A stretch of 64,000 bases of DNA, from the IMG/VR virus record IMGVR_UViG_3300031673_000001, one strand, 5' to 3'. This document shows, in pieces, positions 47,745-56,099 of this stretch (position 1 is the first letter of the stretch; every line of letters begins with the position of its first letter). Made by a program: the position numbers and the translations under genes. Below the pieces are notes generated by a model. That model saw nothing but the letters and a program-made list of their open reading frames with translations, was not told the origin of the DNA and searched no databases. This DNA comes from a virus. Lineage: Duplodnaviria > Caudoviricetes.

Positions 47745-48107
47745 ATGTACTGTCAGATATGCGGGAGAAAAGCGCATTGTCTGAATAATGGCAAAGGTCC
47801 TCTCATTTGTTGTGGAAAACCGATGACGAAATCATTAGTAGCTGAAGCTGAAGGATGGGTCGGTTTTCCCAAGGGATGGACAGACAGCAGCGTTGAAAAA
47901 TTTGGAAAAACACTTGTTAAGGGTGGTGCAACCAAAAAGAATTTTTTTGATAAGTGCGTCGAAAAAATGAAAGATAAAGTTGACAATCCACAAGGATTTT
48001 GCGCTGGGTTGAAGGATGAAGCTCATGGTTCAACACACTGGCGAGGGAAGGGAAAGACATCCCAACAAGTACGTAAAGATGTTAAGGCGCATCAAAATGT
48101 TACATAA
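47745..48107 (+). CDS. Desulforedoxin-like rubredoxin domain fused to a basic helical domain
   Basis: CQICG...GKGPLICCGKPM (CxxC...CC). Confidence 0.65.
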   Translation: MYCQICGRKAHCLNNGKGPLICCGKPMTKSLVAEAEGWVGFPKGWTDSSVEKFGKTLVKGGATKKNFFDKCVEKMKDKVDNPQGFCAGLKDEAHGSTHWRGKGKTSQQVRKDVKAHQNVT

Positions 48108-48115
48108 GGATATCA

Positions 48116-49246
48116 ATGCTCAAATATATCACCATAATAATAATATTTGTATTGATGCTTTTCGCATGTAGTGATAAAAAGAGTACGGATCCTATTACAA
48201 ATGATGGAAAGAAATGGAGAATAGGATATTATGAAGGTGGTCCTTATAAAGATTATCAGACATATTTTATAGCATTAGTAAAGGGATTAGAGAAATTAAA
48301 ATGGATACCTGAAGTAAATATTCCAAAACGTATTGGCAATAGCGATAACAGAGAAATATGGGATTATCTTTCAAAAATTGATAGTGAATATATAGAATTT
48401 GTAAAGGAAGCTTATTGGTCAGCTGATTGGTATGAGGAAAAACGGGATATTAATAAGTTAAATGCTATTGTTTATCTTCAAAAGAAAAAGCTCGATTTAA
48501 TAATAGCTGCAGGAACATGGGCAGGATTAGATCTAGCAAATAATAGTCATCAAATACCAGTTATAGTAATATCTAGTAGTGATCCTGTTAGAGCTGGTAT
48601 TATAAAGAGTTGTAAAGATTCTGGATTAACTAACGTTTATTCTCCTTGTGATCCTGAACAATATGTAAGACAAATAAGAGTTTTTCATAATATTGTAGAG
48701 TTTAAAAAATTAGGTATTGTATATGAAGATACACCAGAGGGTAGAATTTATGCATCTTTAGATGATGCAGATATAGTCGCTAAAGAAAAAAATTTTGAAG
48801 TAATTACCTGTATAGCTAGAGATTACAATCAAACTGATTATGAATCAATGCTACTTATGTATAAATGTCATGAAGAATTAGCTACTAAAGTCGACGCTCT
48901 ATATATAACAGCTCATCGAGGAACAGATCCTAAATTTATGCCAAAGGTATTGGAACCCTTATTTAAATATAAAATTCCAACATTCGCACAAGAGGGTCCC
49001 GATCAAGTTGAATGTGGAGTGATGCTGAGCATCGCCAGGAGTGATGAAGAAAATAGAGGTCTGTTCAATGCTACTACAATAGCAAGAATATTTAATGGAG
49101 AAACTCCAAGAAACATTAGTCAAATATTTAAAGAAGAAAAAAGAATAGTTATAAACCTGGAAACAGCAAGAATTATTGGATATAAAATTCCTAAATCCAT
49201 CATAGATGCTGCAGATTATACATATAAGAAGATAGAAAATGATTAG
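48116..49246 (+). CDS. ABC-type substrate-binding lipoprotein
   Basis: Lipobox LFAC; WRIGYYEGGPY, SDPV.AGI, VINLETA..IG. Confidence 0.85.
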   Translation: MLKYITIIIIFVLMLFACSDKKSTDPITNDGKKWRIGYYEGGPYKDYQTYFIALVKGLEKLKWIPEVNIPKRIGNSDNREIWDYLSKIDSEYIEFVKEAYWSADWYEEKRDINKLNAIVYLQKKKLDLIIAAGTWAGLDLANNSHQIPVIVISSSDPVRAGIIKSCKDSGLTNVYSPCDPEQYVRQIRVFHNIVEFKKLGIVYEDTPEGRIYASLDDADIVAKEKNFEVITCIARDYNQTDYESMLLMYKCHEELATKVDALYITAHRGTDPKFMPKVLEPLFKYKIPTFAQEGPDQVECGVMLSIARSDEENRGLFNATTIARIFNGETPRNISQIFKEEKRIVINLETARIIGYKIPKSIIDAADYTYKKIEND

Positions 49247-50687
49247 AAAGAAATCAACATATAAGATTCTATTTGCATCATTCTTATTTGGAATTGCATT
49301 CTGGATACTTCAAAGCATTCAATATTATTTTTTATTTACTGAAAGAATAAGATTTTTAATTTTTCAAGCTCCTATGTCATTTATGGATTCTTTAATTTTT
49401 AATATTCCCCCCAATGATTTAATTGTTAGACTTTCATTTATATTAGCGTGTCTTATAGCAGGTATCTTAACAGCTAGATTTTTATATATTATACAAAATA
49501 GAACAATTGAACAAGAGAATCTAAAAATACAACTTATTCAATCTCAAAAAATGGAAACTGTTGGGGTATTAGCAGGTGGAATGGCGCATGATTTTAACAA
49601 TCTTTTAACTACAATATCAGGATATACTCAATTAATTATTTATGATAAGTCCGAAGATCATGAAGATTATAGTAAATTGCAAAAGATTATAAATTCTGTT
49701 GAAAGAGCTAATGAGATAACATCTAGATTACTTACACTTGGATCTAAAGTTCAAACCCAAAAAAAAATTATTAATTTAAATAATAGTATTGTAGAGTCAC
49801 TAAAATTATTAACCAGCACTATATTTAAAATGATTGAGATTAATAATTTTTTAGAAGATGCTCCTCAAATAATTGAAGCAGATTCTGGGCAGATTCAGCA
49901 AATTATAATGAATCTAGTTATAAATTCTAGAGATTCTATGCCAAATGGGGGCAAAATAACTATAACTACAGAAACTGTAACATGCCCAAAAGAATGTATA
50001 ATAAAACAAAAAAATTATAGCAATACCAGTACCTTTCCTAAGAGTGGAGATTATGTATTACTTAGTATTAAGGATAACGGGGGCGGAATTCCAAAAGAAG
50101 TAATAGATTCTATTTTTGATCCATTTTTTACTACCAAACAAATTAATAAAGGTACAGGTCTTGGTTTAACAATGGTTTATGAAATTGTTAAGAACCATGG
50201 AGCATACATAATATGTTACAGCACAGTTGGAGAAGGAACCACTTTTGAGATATATTTTCCATTGAGTAAAAAAGAAATTGAACCAGAACAATCCAGTGTA
50301 TTTATTGAAACAAAAAGTGGTAGTGAAACAATCCTGGTAATTGATGATGAAGAAAATATAAGAGATATAACCAAAACTGCGCTTAATAGAAAAGGTTATA
50401 ATGTATTTACTTCTTCTACTGGAGAAGATGGTTTAGATATTTATAATAATAATAAAGTAGATTTAGTGGTATTGGATATTATTATGCCTGGAATGGGAGG
50501 AATAAAATGTCTTTCTAAACTTCTTGAAATAAATTCTAAAGCTAAAGTTATTGCAATTAGTGGGTTTTCCAATAAAAACTCAAATGATTTCCTTAAATTG
50601 GGAGCAAAAAGATTTGTTTCAAAACCGTTTGATATTAATTACTTGCTTTTAGAAATTCGAAATACTTTGGATCAAAAAATTAAGTGA
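49239..50687 (+). CDS. Membrane hybrid sensor histidine kinase (HisKA-HATPase-REC)
   Basis: Two TM segments; AHDFNN H-box; NLVINSRD N-box; FTTK...GTGLGL; [18 protein letters not shown]. Confidence 0.93.
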   Translation: MIRKKSTYKILFASFLFGIAFWILQSIQYYFLFTERIRFLIFQAPMSFMDSLIFNIPPNDLIVRLSFILACLIAGILTARFLYIIQNRTIEQENLKIQLIQSQKMETVGVLAGGMAHDFNNLLTTISGYTQLIIYDKSEDHEDYSKLQKIINSVERANEITSRLLTLGSKVQTQKKIINLNNSIVESLKLLTSTIFKMIEINNFLEDAPQIIEADSGQIQQIIMNLVINSRDSMPNGGKITITTETVTCPKECIIKQKNYSNTSTFPKSGDYVLLSIKDNGGGIPKEVIDSIFDPFFTTKQINKGTGLGLTMVYEIVKNHGAYIICYSTVGEGTTFEIYFPLSKKEIEPEQSSVFIETKSGSETILVIDDEENIRDITKTALNRKGYNVFTSSTGEDGLDIYNNNKVDLVVLDIIMPGMGGIKCLSKLLEINSKAKVIAISGFSNKNSNDFLKLGAKRFVSKPFDINYLLLEIRNTLDQKIK

Positions 50688-50699
50688 GGATAAATTATT

Positions 50700-51587
50700 A
50701 TGCCAAATTTTGACTATGCCAAACTTTATGATAATGCTCGTACAAATGTGGGTTTGATAAAAACATACTTGGGCAAACTTAATGGTTTATTAGTTCGAGC
50801 AAAAGAAACTGGCGATAAAAAATTAATAGATAAAGTTGAAAAAGGTATTCAGCATACAAGTAAAGTATTGAAGAATGGAACGAAAAAACTTGATGATATT
50901 AAACTAGGAACTTCTCATAAACCTACTGGAGCTAAACCTTTATCTTCAGTTCCAGTTCCAAAATTATTACCACAAACTCCAAAATCCGCTCCTCGTGAGT
51001 TTGATAATGTGCAACTTGTTGCATTTACTGGTGCAGCAATAGCTTTTACAGCTATAGTAGCATCTGCTATTTTATATAAACGATTTCTTAGTAGAGCTGC
51101 CAAAGCTTGTACAGGACAAAAAGGATTTCAAAAAGAAAATTGTATGACAAAGTTTAAAATAGCAGGTTATGAAGCTTCTGTAAAGTCATTACAAAGAAAT
51201 TTACCAGATTGTTCTCAAGCACAAGATCCTTTTAAATGTAAACATAAAATTCAAGATAAAATTGTTTCATATGCTGCCAAGATAAGAAAGCATAAAAAGA
51301 AATTAAGTGAAACTACATCTATGAATTTTCTTAATGGTTATTTAGAATATCTAAATGAAGATAGAGGTATTAATCTTCCAATTGAAGCAGATAATAAACC
51401 AAACTATATTAGAATCTGTATGATGCAAGAGGATGATAGAGTTAAAATTAGATGCCTTAGAAAATTAAAAGAGATAACAGCAATGAATCCATTTTATCAA
51501 TATCGTATTGATAGATTTGTTGATGCAATTACTAATACTTATGAAGCAACAAGAGAACCTGGATTCAATGAGTATAAAAATGATTGA
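50700..51587 (+). CDS. TM plus 4-Cys domain protein
   Basis: TM then YKRFLSRAAKAC...KENC...C...DPFKC; internal YLEYLNE. Confidence 0.75.
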   Translation: MPNFDYAKLYDNARTNVGLIKTYLGKLNGLLVRAKETGDKKLIDKVEKGIQHTSKVLKNGTKKLDDIKLGTSHKPTGAKPLSSVPVPKLLPQTPKSAPREFDNVQLVAFTGAAIAFTAIVASAILYKRFLSRAAKACTGQKGFQKENCMTKFKIAGYEASVKSLQRNLPDCSQAQDPFKCKHKIQDKIVSYAAKIRKHKKKLSETTSMNFLNGYLEYLNEDRGINLPIEADNKPNYIRICMMQEDDRVKIRCLRKLKEITAMNPFYQYRIDRFVDAITNTYEATREPGFNEYKND

Positions 51588-51620
51588 TACCTATCTTAAA
51601 TATCTACAAGAGGAAAAGTA

Positions 51621-51947
51621 ATGAAATTACTTGAAATTTATCTATATTTTCTTCAAGAAAAAGAATGGGATGGAGATAGCGATATTAAATCAAATGATTT
51701 AGATATAATTCGCAAATTACTTTTAACTCTTGGTGGACAGGAAGAAGAACTAAATAATAAATGCCATAATATTCAACCAACATTGATGGGTCTTATTGCT
51801 AATACAGGAGGAGATTATAAAGGGAGAACGACAGCAGCAAATACAAAAAGAGATCCAAGAAGTGGTTTTGCTATACTAAAAAAATATTTACCAAAAAATT
51901 GGAAGGAATTGCTACATAAAGCTCCAATTAAAATAGGGCATGATTAA
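51621..51947 (+). CDS. Hypothetical protein with YLYFLQE leader
   Basis: ORF track. Confidence 0.6.
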   Translation: MKLLEIYLYFLQEKEWDGDSDIKSNDLDIIRKLLLTLGGQEEELNNKCHNIQPTLMGLIANTGGDYKGRTTAANTKRDPRSGFAILKKYLPKNWKELLHKAPIKIGHD

Positions 51948-52425
51948 TGGGATTGATAAAATGACTAAATCAGAATTTGTTGTAATGGAACATAAAGCAA
52001 AGAGAGCAGGTTTGCATTTTGATCTACGTTTTAGAATGCCAAGTTCAAGATTGTGGGCATCATTTGCTGTTCCTAAAGGAATTCCAACTGAACCCGGGAA
52101 AAAAGTCTTAGCTATTAGAACAAAAGACCACAATAGACATGGGGCATTATTAACAGGTGTTATTGATGATGGATATGGAGCTGGAGAATTAACAAGATGG
52201 GATGGTGGTCCATGTGTTATATTAAAATTTTCTGATTATCACATGGCAATAGAATTCAATGGAAAAAAAGTTGCAGGATTATACTATCTTATTTCAACTT
52301 CTGTAGCAGGTGATAGAAATAAGAAACAGAAGAGCTATTTCTTATTTAAAAGTAAATCTATAACTCAAGAATCTGGAATTACCATAAGAAAATATATCCA
52401 ATATCTTGGGGTTAATAAATTATGA
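51940..52425 (+). CDS. LigD 3'-phosphoesterase domain, stand-alone
   Basis: FVVMEH.A.RAGLHFDLRF, SFAVPKG, TKDH, GYGAG....WD.G. Confidence 0.9.
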   Translation: MINGIDKMTKSEFVVMEHKAKRAGLHFDLRFRMPSSRLWASFAVPKGIPTEPGKKVLAIRTKDHNRHGALLTGVIDDGYGAGELTRWDGGPCVILKFSDYHMAIEFNGKKVAGLYYLISTSVAGDRNKKQKSYFLFKSKSITQESGITIRKYIQYLGVNKL

Positions 52426-52949
52426 AAGAACAAATTATATTATTTGAGTTTACAACAATGAAGGGGATATTTGTCAAAAAACCAGATGCGAAATTATTAG
52501 CATTTGGAATAACAATGAAAGATGCATTTTTAGTTTTACATATTGTTGGTAAAGTTGAAGATAAATTAATTTCTGTTTTAGCAGCTGGTTGGAGAACAAC
52601 TGATCAAGAATATGCTGATGAAATTATTGACTCAATAAAATATAATGCCCAAAATGAAGTTTTAGAAATTTTACCATCATCATCTAAAATAGGACCAAGT
52701 AATATAATTATAAATCTTAAGAAACCTAGTAAATATATAGGTCCAAAGATTATTTTTGATGTAGATAGTAGATTACCGGATGGATATTATTTTACAAAAA
52801 TTCAGATAAAGAAAAAAGATTATGACCCAATAGTAAATTATAAAGTTAATTCTGATATGGGAAAATTGAACGCGTTTAAAAAATTAGTTGGAACGAAAAT
52901 TGCTGGTATCACAGGAAATAAATTAAATTCATCGTTCAAACTAAAATAA
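52422..52949 (+). CDS. Hypothetical protein
   Basis: ORF track; ATGA overlap. Confidence 0.6.
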   Translation: MKEQIILFEFTTMKGIFVKKPDAKLLAFGITMKDAFLVLHIVGKVEDKLISVLAAGWRTTDQEYADEIIDSIKYNAQNEVLEILPSSSKIGPSNIIINLKKPSKYIGPKIIFDVDSRLPDGYYFTKIQIKKKDYDPIVNYKVNSDMGKLNAFKKLVGTKIAGITGNKLNSSFKLK

Positions 52950-53009
52950 AAAAAAAGAAGGTGATGCCTATGATCACGCAAAGAATATAAAACGAAAACA
53001 TGAAAAGAG

Positions 53010-53243
53010 GTGTTGATAATGACACAAAGATTAATGGAAAAATATAAAGACTCTCTTAGGGAGATGATGATGATACATGAAGAAACTCTCTCTAAGACTG
53101 TGAGTATGTATCAAACACAATTGGAGACACTGATTAATCGACATCAAGATACATTGGCAAAAATCATCGAAACAAATCAAGAACAAATTGATAAGATGAA
53201 GATCGGATCGAGTCCTACTGAAGAACAACTAAAAAATACTTAA
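53010..53243 (+). CDS. Small helical protein of five 11-residue repeats
   Basis: LMEKYKDSLRE/MMMIHEETLSK/TVSMYQTQLET/LINRHQDTLAK/IIETNQEQIDK. Confidence 0.7.
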   Translation: MLIMTQRLMEKYKDSLREMMMIHEETLSKTVSMYQTQLETLINRHQDTLAKIIETNQEQIDKMKIGSSPTEEQLKNT

Positions 53244-53262
53244 ACAATAGGAGAATAAAAAA

Positions 53263-53589
53263 ATGGCACTACACGAAGATATCGTAGCAGATGTTGCAAA
53301 TTCAAACTTTAAGGTTATCGCAAACGCAACCGCATCAGGTATTGCACAAGCTGGTTCATTAGCTGCTTTAAATGCAGCTTCCCATCAACATGCCCTAAAT
53401 CTGATCAGCTCAGCGTTCTTGGCAGAGGCAATTATGCCACGTGCAGGTGTTGATGTAACTGAAGCAGTTGGATCCAAGAAAGTTGCGGAATCAGATCTTG
53501 CTCGCACAGTCGATGAACTAGGAACAGCTATAGCTGCCCTGCAACAAATCATCAAAACCGCACAAACCACACCACCCGTAACCCCGTAA
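53263..53589 (+). CDS. RebB-like (R-body) protein, copy 1
   Basis: I..DV.NSNFKV.A.A, NA.SHQ..LN, C-terminal QQIIKTAQTTPP resemble recalled RebB-like proteins; AGGAG RBS. Confidence 0.6.
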   Translation: MALHEDIVADVANSNFKVIANATASGIAQAGSLAALNAASHQHALNLISSAFLAEAIMPRAGVDVTEAVGSKKVAESDLARTVDELGTAIAALQQIIKTAQTTPPVTP

Positions 53590-53610
53590 TATAGGGTTAT
53601 GATATTTTAG

Positions 53611-53648
53611 AAAAGATCGGGATGGGATAAATCTCACTCCGATCTTTT
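53611..53648 (+). terminator. Stem-loop/terminator after Reb-like copy 1
   Basis: AAAAGATCGG...CCGATCTTTT. Confidence 0.65.
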
Positions 53649-53674
53649 AACATAATTAAATAGGAGAATAAAAA

Positions 53675-54001
53675 ATGGCACTACACGAAGATATAGTAGC
53701 AGATGTTGCAAATTCGAACTTTAAAGTAGTTGCAAACGCAACTGCGTCAGGTGTTGCACAAGCTGGTTCATTAGCTGCTTTAAATGCAGCTTCACATCAA
53801 CAAGGACTAAATCAAATAAGTTCGGCATTCTTGGCAGAGGCAATTATGCCACGTGCAGGTGTTGATATAACAGAAGCAGTTGGAACCAAGAAAGTAGCTG
53901 AGGCAGATCTTTCTAGAAGCGTTGCTGAACTAGGAACAGCTCTAGCTGCTCTCCAACAAATCATTAAAACTGCACAAACTACATTACCTATAACTCCGTA
54001 A
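53675..54001 (+). CDS. RebB-like (R-body) protein, copy 2
   Basis: 14 substitutions in 108 aa versus copy 1; near-identical RBS region. Confidence 0.6.
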   Translation: MALHEDIVADVANSNFKVVANATASGVAQAGSLAALNAASHQQGLNQISSAFLAEAIMPRAGVDITEAVGTKKVAEADLSRSVAELGTALAALQQIIKTAQTTLPITP

Positions 54002-54019
54002 TAGAGTAATTGTTTAATT

Positions 54020-54057
54020 AAATCAGAGTGGAAGAAATTCCTCTCTGATTTTTTTTT
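54020..54057 (+). terminator. Intrinsic terminator after Reb-like copy 2
   Basis: AAATCAGAG...CTCTGATTT plus T-tract. Confidence 0.75.
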
Positions 54058-54095
54058 AAATTAGAAATCCCAAACAAAGTAAAATACAAGGAGGT

Positions 54096-54614
54096 TTGAA
54101 GAAAATGTATGGGCGCACAGTTGTGCTTAATGGAGACTACTCATTTTTAAATACAGTAAATTGGAGAAGAGCTGTTTGTTTATTAATTAAAGAAAAAGCT
54201 GAAGTATTGAAAGAAGCAGATACAGTTATAAGAAATGGATTTGGTCAACCAGTTTTTAAAATGCCTTTAGTTATTAAACTTGTTAAGATTATTCGACTAA
54301 TTTACAAAAATAAAGTCCCATTTAGTAAGCGAAATATTATGGTTAGGGATGATTATAAATGTATGTATTGTGGTGCAATAAGCAATTTAACAATAGATCA
54401 TATCATTCCTATATCAAGGGGAGGAAAAAGTAATTTTGAGAACTGTACAACTTCTTGTCAACCTTGCAATAATAAAAAAGGTAAACATACTCCTTCTGAA
54501 GTAAAAATGTTTTTGATAAGACAACCACATTGTCCCACTATTTCGGAATTTATAATAATGAAAATGAAAAAATTACAAATTAGTGATTTTCTAAAAGAAC
54601 TTGGAGTATACTAA
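54096..54614 (+). CDS. HNH endonuclease
   Basis: VVLNGDY, RD.YKCMYCG, TIDHIIP.SRGG...FEN...SC..CN..KG. Confidence 0.92.
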   Translation: MKKMYGRTVVLNGDYSFLNTVNWRRAVCLLIKEKAEVLKEADTVIRNGFGQPVFKMPLVIKLVKIIRLIYKNKVPFSKRNIMVRDDYKCMYCGAISNLTIDHIIPISRGGKSNFENCTTSCQPCNNKKGKHTPSEVKMFLIRQPHCPTISEFIIMKMKKLQISDFLKELGVY

Positions 54615-54663
54615 AATATATGGATCCAAACAACACTGGGTTTTAGAATAAGGAATAAAAATA

Positions 54664-55104
54664 ATGGATAAAGAAACATATATTAATAATTTAAAAAGCA
54701 CCGAGTTACGTCCAGAAAGAATAAAAATTAAAGAAAGAAAAGAACATATTCTACTTGAGCAAGAAAGAGGAATAGCGGATTTACATGAAGAAATAATAAA
54801 ATGGTTTATAAAAAATCCTGATCCAACAGATGATAAGGTTCATGCGTTAGCAGAAAAGATGGGTGTAGATTCTCATAAGTTTGAGGGTCATATCTATAAG
54901 ATTCTAAGTGATTTGTTACATGAGGGAAGATCTAAAAATTTCACTGGAAAATATGATCCAAAAGAACTTGCTATGGGAATAGAAATAGAATCAGAACATT
55001 TACCATATCCATGTATTGCTGAAAAAATAGCAAAAGATCATTTAGCAGAAATTCCTGACTATTACACAAGATTAAAAAAAATGGAAGCTGAAGCTAAAGT
55101 TTAA
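54664..55104 (+). CDS. DUF5661-like protein
   Basis: ELAMGIEIESEH...IAKDHLAEIPDYYTRLKKME. Confidence 0.7.
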   Translation: MDKETYINNLKSTELRPERIKIKERKEHILLEQERGIADLHEEIIKWFIKNPDPTDDKVHALAEKMGVDSHKFEGHIYKILSDLLHEGRSKNFTGKYDPKELAMGIEIESEHLPYPCIAEKIAKDHLAEIPDYYTRLKKMEAEAKV

Positions 55105-55192
55105 AACTCTTTTATTAAGAATAGATCCAACAAATAACTCGTGAAGAATGATAAGAATATTTTAGTATTATTTAGAACAAATACATACTAAA

Positions 55193-56086
55193 TTGAATAT
55201 TGTAAGGAGGATAGTTTTGAGAATCTGTGAATCAGTATTTGAAATTTCTTATGAATTTTTGAAAAGAAAATCTCCAGTTTTTATTAATGAAAAAGGTATC
55301 AAACAAACTTCAGACTTGATGCTTAAAGAAGGTATTAAGTCATTTCCTATCAAAGAAATCACAAAAAATCACATCTATCGAGCAGTACTTCAAGAATTTG
55401 TCGGTTGTGCAATAAATTATTGTTATTGGTACGGTTTGCCAGATGTTAGATATCAGAAATGTTCTTCTTCTAAAATGTATGCATTAGTAGAGATTGCATT
55501 TAAATATTATCAAGACGGTGATACATTTGAAATTTGTATTTATAAACTAATTCAATATCTTTCCATTAATAGATTTCCTTTACTAGAAGAAAGAGAAAAA
55601 CATTTAAAAGAGTTAATTATAGATGGTGAAGATTTTTGTATTGATATTTCTAATGCTATTTTCTATAAAGATAAAGATGATTTCTATCCTTTTTTTAAAG
55701 ATATGATTATAACATTCCCAGGATATGCATCAGACATATTCTTGAAAAGAGCTTCTCTTTTTTTCATTCAAATGTACAGACAATATAATTGGTTTGAATC
55801 CATAAATAGAAATCTTCCCGTTCCAGCTGATTATCAAGTTCCTAAGATGTTAGAAGAATTTAAATGCATTGAATATGAACCATATTTGAAAAATTTAATT
55901 ATAGAAAATATTATAATACCAAAAGGTTCCAAGGAAGAGTGTTTTATTAGAGCAGCAACAATTATAGCTTGTAAACAACTACAAGAAAAGACAGGATGGG
56001 GAATTGCAGAAATTGATGGATGGTTATGGTTAAAAAGACATTCTGTAAATACCTCTTTCCATCTTACTATAACTACTGACTATTAG
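55193..56086 (+). CDS. Queuosine-salvage-like nucleotide N-glycosylase (DUF2419/QNG1-like)
   Basis: FLKRASLF, PADYQVPKML, IRAATI.A, EIDGWLW; start codon uncertain. Confidence 0.7.
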   Translation: MNIVRRIVLRICESVFEISYEFLKRKSPVFINEKGIKQTSDLMLKEGIKSFPIKEITKNHIYRAVLQEFVGCAINYCYWYGLPDVRYQKCSSSKMYALVEIAFKYYQDGDTFEICIYKLIQYLSINRFPLLEEREKHLKELIIDGEDFCIDISNAIFYKDKDDFYPFFKDMIITFPGYASDIFLKRASLFFIQMYRQYNWFESINRNLPVPADYQVPKMLEEFKCIEYEPYLKNLIIENIIIPKGSKEECFIRAATIIACKQLQEKTGWGIAEIDGWLWLKRHSVNTSFHLTITTDY

Positions 56087-56099
56087 GAGATAAATATAT

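Noticed and set aside
53263-54001. Gas vesicle GvpA or pilin
   Set aside because: No GvpA RILDKG-type motif and no prepilin cleavage site
54096-54614. HNH as an intron- or intein-borne homing element
   Set aside because: Free-standing gene with its own RBS; no interrupted host gene or splice features seen
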